In this document: piece by piece, positions 45,001 to 53,600 of the stretch
How positions within the stretch are numbered: the first letter of the stretch is position 1
Layout of the letters: every line of letters starts with the position of its first letter
Origin: Thalia democratica
Lineage: Eukaryota
Assembly: GCA_965202585.1 (NCBI GenBank)
Contig: OZ241826.1
Coordinates: forward strand, 73,222,001 to 73,286,000
DNA: 64,000 nucleotides
Reading direction: 5' to 3'
Translations under genes and position numbers: made by a program
Notes under the pieces: generated by a model
The model's input: the letters and a program-made list of their open reading frames with translations, nothing else
Databases searched by the model: none
What the model was told of the DNA's origin: nothing

Positions 45001-48000
45001 TTTGCTTTATTTTTAGCAACAACTTAATAATTTTTATGTATCATGTAAATGAGTCTGAACTTTTTTTTGTAATTTGAAGCAAACAGTAAAACTTTTATTA
45101 ACTATTCTTTATTATAGATAAGTGTTTCATTTAAGTTGTCAATAATTAATAGTAAAAGTTTAAGTTTTATGTTGTTTTTTAATTCAAAAATATTCCGCAT
45201 TTTTTTCGCTAAAAGTACTAATTTTTTAGGTAAAACCAGTTTATGTATCCAAGGTTAAAATGAATAAATTTATGTTTGTTTTTTTACAAATAATAAAGTA
45301 ACTTTGATTCATGTGGGCTATAAAAAATGTTATATGCTATAAGTGAACATAATATCTTTCACCAAGAACATTTTAAGGAAAAAGGTTTAAGTTGGCATCA
45401 TTTCGAAACCTTTTGTTTTTATAAAAAACTTTAATGTTTTTTTAGCTCATTGTTTGTTAAAAAAATGATAAGTTTAACTTTTGAAATTTTATAGTAAACT
45501 TATAATTAAAACGTATTAAAAAAGGTTTTGGTATTATGGTATTTTTCCAATAATCGATAAAGAAGTTTTAAACGTTTTCATAATGTTGAAGACTTAAGGT
45601 AACTTATTTTTGCTATATACAACTATAGATTGTATTGAAAATAGTGAATGAGATGTATTTTAAAAATGAAAATTATTGTGTAAATGCAATTGCAAGCAAC
45701 ATGAAAAACTGAATATAAAGTAGAAATTTGGAGAATGTTATATTAAACTAATATAAAACCGTTTTTACCTTTTTTTTTTATGAACTTATAGTTTTGTAAA
45801 GAAAATACCTTTTTTAGGTGTGTCATTTAATACGAGTAAAATGTAGTAACTAATATTAAATAAATTAATTTTATTAGAAATATTAAAAGCAGTCTACTGT
45901 TTAATGAAGCAATTTGGTGTTAAAATTACAAGAATAAAATTTTTTTTAAAGTTTTATGTAATTTAACAAATATAGCTTAAAAAGTTTCTACGATACCTCT
46001 TTTAATTTTGTAGGGTTTTGAAAATTTGTTTAATATGAATGATACAAAAAGATTTCAGCATAAATATATACTGCTAAAGTAAGCATTCTATCAAGAAGTT
46101 GCTTTGCACTCAAGGGTTTATCTAAAAGATTTCAGCATTTGGTTTGTCTTGAGACTTTATCAATTTTAACATTTCTAGTAAGTTTCTTGTATAACATTTC
46201 TTTTTTATGGTTAGTTTTAACTTTTCATTACCAATCTTAACAATAAGTTTAATTTTTTTAAAGGAACGTCCAAACGCTGAGAAGTTGTTAATTTTTTCTC
46301 AATTACAATGAAAAAATTCGTCTTCATAACAATTTATGACTTAGCCTATTTAGTTTACAAAATAATCTTAAACTACGGTGATCGATCTGTTTTTTATTAG
46401 AAAACATGATCTAAGTTGCCATACGGCTTATTTTGTTTTTATTGTGGAATGTGGACTATATTTATGAGTAACTTAATAAAAAATTAATTTAGAGTCCAGT
46501 TTTTTAGTTAAAGAAACTGTACTTAAAAATTTTTAAAGTAGGCATTAACAAAAAAACTCAAATACAACATAAAGTATATTGCTATTAGTTATAATTTTAA
46601 CATATGTAAGTTTTTTTTTACAAAGAGTTAAATAGAAACTAAACAAGTTAAAAAAATTCTAATTAAATATAAATCGAAGTAGAAACTAAAAGTTAGAAAC
46701 TATCGACTCTCTTTCTGTACAAATCATGTTTTGTCGGATTATATATATAGTGTGCTTATAAGCGGATTTTGTTAAACCTCCTTCGATTCATTGAAATATA
46801 TAAACTTTGTCTTAAACAAAAGCATTACTATGGAATTGTATAAAGTTTAAACAGATAAAAATACATACTGATACCTAATAAACCAATATTAACCTAATAG
46901 TAGATAAAACATGTTGTTATTTTTTGATAATCAACACATCAGATATGATTAGAAGATAAAGTTACTACTTAGTTAGCAAAAAAAAAAGCGACTTTAATTG
47001 AAACAACTTGCTTTAATATACTAAATAAACTAATGAAATACTTTCAAAAAATGACTTTTTATAACTAAAACCAAATTTTTAAATTGTTAAACTTTAAAAA
47101 AACTAAGTTTTCATTTATTAAAAACCTATTTTGCTAAGTTTATATGTTTTTAATAATATACTTCATAGTTTTATATATAGATACCATAAGTTTTTATGAA
47201 CATTTAAACAGCTCATTTAAAAAATGCTAAGGAGTACAAAAGACTAAAGCCAAACTGCTTTATTTTAATAGGAAAATAGCTTTTGTTTAACATTTATCCT
47301 CATTATACTTGTATTAATGAGTAATTTCAAAAGATGTGAAATTGTGAGCTTAAAAATCGATTCAGTAGACTCAGAGTAGATTCAGAGTAAATTTAGATTT
47401 AAAAATACGAGATAAAATAAATTAATCTGTCTTGGTAAAAATACATAATTGTTACATAAAATACCAATTCAAAATACTCAAGTTAAAAAGTAATATTTTT
47501 TTCATATATTCAAAAAATTCACCAAGGAAAAAATCACCAGTACTAAACTGATTTGATTTTATTTGAAATTTTAAGTCGACTTAGTTGTGTATTCAAACTT
47601 AATCTACTTAAAACTATTTTTAATTTTTACTAAATTATTCAGTGTTTGTTAATCAAGCACATATTTTTATCTACCGTACAGATAAAGTCTTGTATGTTTT
47701 GTGAAATCTGTTTTAAAAACACTATTTGCCTAAAGGTGTTTACTAAGATAACTATTCGTTTAGAACTTTCTTTCCTTTCTGACTAAACATAACTAGAGTT
47801 TATGGTTACATAAGCTTAAACTGTGCAAATAACATCAATTTTTATCTTGTATTAGTCAGAAAAAATGACATAATCCGTTTTTATTAATCATTAGTTGGTG
47901 CCTGATGTTTTTTTTAATCATTTTAAGTTTTTTTTAAGCTGATAACCTTGCAAGGCTATGCTTAATTACTAACCTTGCAAATAGTGTCGCTTTTCGGACT

Positions 48001-49468
48001 ATAGCTTCCAGCTGCACACTCGACTGGACTTCCATACAACTCCACACAGCTAAAACCTTTAAATGGTGTCTTAACTTTCAAAGTTCTACAACAAAAACAC
48101 ATAAAAATGCCGATAAAATCAAATTTTACACTGTTATCTCTACACTATTAATTAAAACAAAAAAAAATACTCTACAGTAAACATTTTTTCAACCAACCTC
48201 CAGGGCAGACTTTGCAGCTGCCTTCACCAGTTTTGTCCTGGTAAGTTCCAACCTGGCAGGGCATTGGGGGCGCTGTTGATCCGATACAGTAGAATCCTAT
48301 CAAGCATTCCTCGCATGATGACGTTGTGTTGTCGTAATACTCTCCAATCTGTAAAGAACAATTGTGCTTTTGCAGAGATCTCTTAATAGATCAGTACAAG
48401 TTGTTGTTAGAAAAAAAAAATATTTTTCTAATACATATTTGTTAACACATCCATATGTGAAGCCTTTGAAAAATAGCTATATCAAAAAATAATATTTTTA
48501 TACGTTAAAATCAAATGAATAGTTTTATTATTTTTTGTTTAAAATAAAAATATACATATGTTCTATCATGCAAGTTAAAAATCTTTTAAATAACTTTAAC
48601 ACTTTTGAAAGTTTGATAACAAATATCTAATAATTATACTAAATTAAAAAAGTATATTAATTTAATGAACCTCCTTTTACGCTTCAACTATTTATATGTT
48701 TTACTAAAATAAGTTATAAGAATTTCTATTACAAAAATTTATTTCGATAAATATATTTTTTGATAAAAGAGTAAAAACTTTATTTGGCTTGTGAAAATCG
48801 TAACTACTATCATTACTAAGACTTTAAAATATTAAAATATGTTTTCTAATAAATAAACTTTGCTAGGCTTTAATACTTTGATTCAAAAACTATTGCACGC
48901 GCCTATGGCCCTGAAGTTTTGATCATTTTATTAAAATATAAACTCAATTAATGTATCGAAAAAAATTTGCGTTATAGTTTTAATGTAGTTTGTACATTCT
49001 TTATGATCTTTCCAATTTTAAAACAAAACTTGCCTTTCAACTTAAATTATTTCTTTTTAAAAACCTTTCAACAAAAAAACCTAAAACTTAAAGGGTGTAA
49101 ACAAAGTTTGTTTATTAATTTTGAATGAAATTAAATCTTAGAAAATGAAATAGAGTTTAAATAAAATTAAAGTTTAGTTTTACTTCACTGGTAGTAGATT
49201 TAGCATTACTAACCAAAACTAAATAAAGTTTTTTTTTTCTCATTATCAAATGACATTGTAAAACTCAGCTAAATAACTCAAAAGTAAGAGAACTTATACT
49301 ATCAACAACAACAAACAAAATATACAAACTTACTGTGCAAGCTGCAAATGATGCTGTATCTGAATCATATGTAGCTCCATACGGCGTTCCCTCACAAAAA
49401 GTTGATCCTGGGCGACTGTAAAGGTCAATCGTGAGCAGGATTAACACAAGTACGACCGTTTTGGTCAT
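30..49468 (-). CDS. Gene A: giant signal-peptide-bearing cysteine-rich repeat protein (GCC2/GCC3, Ephrin_rec_like-type repeats), at least 4,515 aa, 3' end outside the window
   Basis: Hand-spliced: 90 exons, all introns GT-AG, phase consistent at every junction, 13,546 coding nt. Exons 5'->3': 49334-49468, 48198-48348, 47974-48056, 37933-38086, 37675-37799, 37202-37390, 36878-37001, 36580-36697, 36241-36331, 35984-36107, 35650-35846, 35087-35212, 34615-34818, 34184-34349, 33887-33994, 33403-33510, 32783-32980, 32600-32728, 32036-32228, 31625-31755, 31188-31412, 30911-31052, 29182-29305, 28717-28905, 28338-28454, 27948-28130, 27527-27721, 27284-27392, 26769-26951, 26345-26493, 26089-26166, 25614-25776, 25363-25476, 24989-25177, 24497-24637, 24247-24316, 24053-24185, 23642-23780, 23549-23581, 23173-23367, 22880-23029, 22396-22587, 21720-21836, 21391-21540, 20868-21020, 20549-20764, 20239-20358, 19625-19769, 19227-19423, 18751-18963, 18186-18292, 17866-18119, 17174-17340, 16621-16734, 16365-16475, 16110-16233, 15109-15221, 14748-14932, 14609-14663, 14215-14550, 13922-14062, 13499-13644, 11122-11284, 10740-10856, 9975-10165, 9562-9802, 9243-9339, 8800-8951, 8350-8523, 8109-8218, 7864-8020, 7321-7509, 7071-7178, 6490-6651, 6089-6208, 5808-5906, 5300-5566, 4797-4966, 4539-4656, 4348-4470, 3891-4056, 3550-3626, 3301-3424, 2822-2970, 2360-2578, 1858-1995, 1593(or 1611)-1706, 1027-1228, 573-793, 30-176. 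Recurrent motifs CPxGxYCPxG and CxxGTY/F...CxxC; many N-x-S/T sequons. Family assignment is by motif recognition, not by search. Confidence 0.9.
11721..13040 (+). CDS. Small 114-aa Lys/Gly/Gln-rich protein with acidic C-terminal tail, nested antisense in intron 62 of gene A; weak endosulfine/ARPP19-like segment
   Basis: Exons 11721-11724 (ATGG|gttagt), 12020-12084 (|gtaagt), 12296-12406 (|gtaagt) and 12876-13040 join in frame: MDKGTKKAAGNSKTSQQSSGGKKVDGGKGSRSGAPSNQQPTKTAKKLKQQPQANVGNKTGRYDGMSGLHGKDFLQAKLNKKKKYPGESSIDPNKIRSKKFSSSDSDDDDDKNCA*. The exons are GC-richer than their flanks. AATAAA near 13135. Absent from the ORF track. Confidence 0.75.
29847..30073. repeat. Long near-perfect inverted repeat (hairpin or MITE-like) in gene A intron 22
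   Basis: Arm ttagaactatcaaaaaatcagtatcagtctttatacaaacacttcgaagagatctttcgtttatta (29853-~29918) matches the reverse complement of ~30002-30067 with about 3 differences. An inner pair ttcagttcttattcaaata / tatttgaataagaattgaa is also present. Confidence 0.9.
38421..38541 (-). repeat. ~125-bp dispersed repeat, copy 1 (gene A intron 3)
   Basis: Minus strand gacaaaaaaaagcgcttaaagcatttggtcttag...aaaccttttgcttatcgatttgtacacc...ataccttttaacgccttgtcaaggacaag aligns with the other two copies. Confidence 0.7.
39025..44813 (+). CDS. EPHX1: Microsomal-type epoxide hydrolase (EPHX1/JHEH family, alpha/beta hydrolase with EHN domain), 448 aa, nested antisense in intron 3 of gene A
   Basis: 8 exons in frame, 1,347 nt: 39025-39242, 39668-39866, 39999-40155, 41473-41602, 42403-42608, 42856-42937, 44177-44332, 44615-44813. 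N-terminal membrane anchor MIIYIFIAILSAVFLYQL. Motifs HGWP, SIPGYGFS, GGDWG (nucleophile Asp), GYFHIQATKPDT, SDSPVGLAAYILEKFSTW, RFYKEN, FPNE (acid Glu) and GGHFAAF (catalytic His). The symbol denotes the family; orthology is untested. Confidence 0.95.
40504..40996. mobile_element. ~490-bp degenerate foldback (MITE-like) element in EPHX1 intron 3
   Basis: Concentric inverted pairs: cttgtgcaaaattt 40504-40517 / aaattttgcacaag 40983-40996 (perfect 14 bp); ccaatgca / tgcattgg; tgtgacctta / taaggtcaca; attgtgca / tgcacaat; acagaggcgtttcttga 40709-40725 / tcaagaagcgcctctgt 40788-40804. Confidence 0.75.
41005..41340. mobile_element. Non-autonomous element with TTAGGG-containing internal motifs and subterminal ttttgcac / gcaaaagtg repeats, copy 1
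   Basis: ggattaggggtaacagtg at 41101-41118 is identical to 59862-59879. Also gaccaagggtaagggttaggggtaac, A-rich spacers, gacaattttgcat/gcac repeats on the left and cgagcaaaagtgtt on the right. Confidence 0.65.
49334..49468 (-). CDS. Gene A first coding exon with signal peptide (MTKTVVLVLILLTIDLYSRPGSTFCEG...)
   Basis: ATG, a basic residue, then hydrophobic core VVLVLILL. Ends at a consensus GTAAGT donor in phase 0 that matches exon 48198-48348 (AACT|IGEYYDN). Confidence 0.85.
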
Positions 49469-50454
49469 TATTATCTAGAAGTTTTCTACAATTCTTAATA
49501 AAAAGTTTTTTTTCTGTCTGAGATAAATAAAAAATAGCTTTTATTTAGTAGTATAAAGTTGAAAAACTAATAATAACACTTAATTTATTTAACATCAATT
49601 TTAAACGCAAAACTTGAAAACACGTCCAAATTAATATAAAAAATAGTGTTTTAAATTAAACAAATTAAAGATTTTTAGTTTCATAGAGTTGAAAATAATT
49701 AGCTTAATCTCTGATAAAAAATAAGTTTGAGCTGTGTCTAGTTAAAAGTATTTACTAAATATAGAGTTTATACAAAAGAACAAAATAAAAAATATTTAGA
49801 CTTATTAAAACTCCTATTTAACAAAACATATAAAATATGCTTTATGTTACGAAAAAAAGTAGACTTATCTTACTTTTGGATATTTATAAGTTTATTTGAA
49901 TTTTAATGGCTCATAAACAAATATTTACAAATCTGTTTACGTAAAGTAGCTTTTTCTTAAACTTTAATTGACAAGTTTTATCTTGTATTTATTAGCTCTC
50001 TAACACGTACTTTACATTTTTTCAAGCTTAAATTTATAAGTGTTAGTGCTAGATTTAAAATTTTATTTCTAAGAACTTTTGACGTTCGACCAAAAACTTT
50101 TATCTTTATTACAAAGCTCGTACTTTTTTTTTTTTTTTTTTTAAAAAGTATTTACTATTAACTGAATATAATTTCAATGGGTTAAAAAATTTCTGTATTG
50201 TTGTTTTATAACTTCAAAATGTTATTGTTAAGTCTAACTACTTACAGTTGTTGAAACTAAATCAGATGATACATTTAATTTGATAACTAGTTTATAAAAA
50301 AACTATTGGATTCACTATGAAAATCTCCAATTTAAAACAGTTTAACAATTTCATTTAAATCTTTAAAAATTGTTTGCTTCCAAGAAAAGATAAATACTAC
50401 AAACATCAACATTTGTAAATATAAAAATTACTTTTTAGAAAATATTGTTATTGT

Positions 50455-50620
50455 CGTCCTAAAAAGTTTACTTCGCGTTTTGAAACACTTTGGCACGCGT
50501 TTAAACTTTTTCTCTTTTAACACACGTGATGCCATTGTACACTTTCAAACGAGATTTACAACACTGAATGTAATAAAAGATTTTACAAATAAAAGACACA
50601 CGTAAGTTTTTACGACTTCG
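50455..50620. promoter_or_regulatory. CpG-enriched patch between gene B and gene A; candidate gene A promoter or 5' UTR exon
   Basis: Cluster of CG-containing words (cttcgcgtt, ggcacgcgt, acacgtga E-box, acacgtaag, tacgacttcgt) in otherwise very AT-rich DNA, about 1 kb upstream of the gene A ATG. Function is inferred. Confidence 0.3.
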
Positions 50621-50689
50621 TAAGAAAGCTTATATAAATAAATGAACTAATGTGTACAAACTGCTAGAAATTTTGTGAAGTATAGTTTA

Positions 50690-53600
50690 TTAATTTTTTT
50701 TAAATAAATAACAACAAAAAATCAATAGCCAAACTAATAAGTTGCTTGTTATTTGGACAGGGCCTCTATGACTAAAATGTATAAATAGTTATGTCTTTAA
50801 TAAGAAATACAAGTGTAAGCATTGAATGCGATTTTTAATAATAAATATATAATACTTTCTAAATTGAGAATTAAATACTTATCCATGAATTATAGTCATC
50901 TAACTGAAAAGAATTTATATAAAAAATTCTGGTAAGTTTTAAGCTTTTTTTTTTCATAAAAACGGTTCAAAATGTAAACGTATACTTAAATTTTATAAAG
51001 TAGTTTTTTATATAAAACAGATCCTATTAAAAACCTGAAAGTACCATCAGCGCATTTAATTGGTTCTTCCGTGATGCTTGGACAATAGTGGTTTTGAGGG
51101 CAAACAAAACAGGACGAAGCCCCTTCATTTGTCGAATATTCCCCCATTTTACAACCTACAACATTTAGAAAAGTTCTCTAGTTTGATACATTTTCAAGTC
51201 TCCTTACATTGCATTTAAAGCTACACGACCGTCATAAAACAAAATAAACGTAAAATACAATTTTTTAAAATAATAATTTTTAAACAATTTTCTAACCAAA
51301 GCAAATAGTACTCGTAGACGGGCTGTAAGTTCCAACCGGGCAAATTTCAGGGCTGCTGCTTGTGCTAGGGCATTTGAACCCAGATGGGCATTGCTGGCAG
51401 GGACTTGTCTCACCGGGTTTTACAGAATACGATCCGGTTTCACAGCTCTTACACTTTTCCATTCCTAATTTATATTTTGTAAAAACTTCATGACTAAATT
51501 CTTATCAGTTTTAGATATTTCTAAAAAACTGTACGTAGTCCTGGACAAGACACTAAACTGTATCGAACTGGTGTACGACTCGATAACCAAAAGGTTTTTT
51601 CGTACACAACGTCCTTAGACCAAAATTTTTGAGAGCTTTTTTATCGTGCAACAAACAAAATGTATAACTTCATGAATGTTTAAATCCTTTTGTATAAAAA
51701 CTATGTTATAAATTGATAAAAATTATATAAGTTAAAAAGATGTATCAATTAATTTTTTCAAGTTTTGCGTAGTGCTTATAGTAAATAGATTATAAAAACT
51801 ATTTAAAACTAGAAAGTTTTAAGAAAAGCTTGTTATTACCTCACTTCTAAACTTTGTACTTCATTTAACTTATTAATATAATGAAAACCAATTTCTAAAA
51901 CAAAAGGACGAATGGCTTAAAACAAACAAAAACCAAAATAAAGACCAAGTTTTACCTGTTTCATCAGAATAAGCTCCTGAAGTACACGGTGTTGGATCAA
52001 TAGACGCTGCAGGACATTCGTGGCCAATTGGACAGTTTGCACAAGCTGCTTGGCCCGTCAAACTGTTGTACTGTCCACTGGGACAAGCTTCACAACTTGA
52101 TCGTCCTGGACTTAAAGATTGCTTACCTTTTTCACAAGGAATTGGCTCATTTTTAATATCGGGACAGTAATGGCCTACAGGACACTCCTGTTATTTTATG
52201 AAGTTTTAGGTTTTTTATGTTTTTTAGATATTGTTTAAAATGGAACATCTAAGCAAAAATTTGGTCTATTATGAATTTTAAACATTATTTGTTTTAGATA
52301 AAAGTTTGCAGTCCTTCTTTTACCGTATTGAAAAAATAGAACAGCAAAAGTTTTATAAAATATATAATTTTACTATGGCAATAACACTTTTCCAATTTAA
52401 AGCAGTTATGTATATAAAAAAAAACGTTGATATAAAAGGTATTTTTATAACAAATTGTCAGAAAGAAAATTTAAAGTTATTAAATCATGAAACACATTTT
52501 TTTAGTAAAGTTATAGGTTACAATTTTACAATTCCAAAACAAAGTTAAGTAAGTATTTGATACATAAATTACAGTATAAAAATATGGTTATATTGCTTAA
52601 GAAACATTAAGTATTTGTTATTTAAAGTTTTTTTAGCTATACTGTGAAAGTAATTAGACTCTTTAGTTAAAGTTACATCTGTTTGTTTATATATATATAC
52701 TGCATCTCATTAAAAACAATGAAAAAATATATTTTTATATATACAGAATATTTTTAAACACAATTTATAGAACGTGAAACGAACTTTGTTCCACAAATTA
52801 CATTTTTGTTAAAAACTGTTTTTTTTACTAACTCTTAGATAAACTTACAGTACAGTTTTGACTTGCACGGTCGATTGCGTACGAGCCGACAGGACATTTT
52901 GTGCACAATGAAGAAGATGCAGAAGAAAATTCTCCAGCTTCGCACTCCACAGGTTCTGATGTTCCTGAACTCGGACAATTGTGACCTGCTGGACACTCCA
53001 TGCAAGAAGATTGTTCAGCATCCGGCTTTATTTATGATTTGCTTAATTTATTTGCAATTATTGTCTTGTTTGTTTTTGTACCTAATAAACTTTAAGTTGT
53101 TACCTGGTAAAATCCTGCATCACACTTTGTGCAAATAGTAAGGCCTTCAACAGAGTAACTTCCTGGGCTGCACTCGGCAGGTATTTCGTTTGCATACGGA
53201 CATTCGAACCCTTGGTGTTGAAATTATTTTTAACTAAACTCATATTATTATAATTTATTTTTGTACTTGAGCTTTACAGTATTAACTTAAAAAAGAAATT
53301 ATATTTATATTGTTAGTTTCAAGGCTGAGAAAGTAATTTTTAGAGTTACATGGTGTAGTCAAATTTTATAAGTTTTACATGTTTAATTATTTCAAGCATA
53401 AGTTAATCTGCATTTTCATGTGTTTTAAATATGTATTTTTTGAACGAAGTTTTTTAACTTTAAATCTTTAAATTATAAAAAAGTTCTTAGTTAAACATGT
53501 GTTTTATTATTATTATATACTAACCAGCTGGGCATGATTTGCAATGTTCTTGAGCAACTTCATCCTGGTAATAGCCTTCGGGACATCTGGTACATTCCGA

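Noticed and set aside
46030-46200. Slightly GC-richer minus-strand stretch with an interrupted reading frame (MLYKKLTRNVK...*NLLDKPLSAKQLLDRM)
   Set aside because: In-frame stop, no recognisable motif and no splice partners; at most an unidentifiable relic.
47345-47400. Short tandem repeats (tcagagtaga x~3 here; tcttaataacaa x2 near 34910)
   Set aside because: Ordinary slippage duplications with no further structure.
51529-51646. The 125-bp repeat read as a protein end (KKALKNFGLRTLCTKKPFGYRVVHQFDT*) or as a tRNA-derived SINE (tggtctaagg, gttcgat)
   Set aside because: The other copies have stops or indels in that frame and do not conserve the B-box-like word; no cloverleaf could be formed. 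Kept only as an unclassified repeat.
540-53138. GC-rich + strand and alternative-frame ORFs in the track (e.g. 540-806, 5354-5572, 14221-14442, 22397-22642, 26725-26943, 27491-27769, 52863-53138)
   Set aside because: They coincide with gene A/B exons and are antisense or off-frame shadows of GC-rich codons, with no independent splice structure or motifs.
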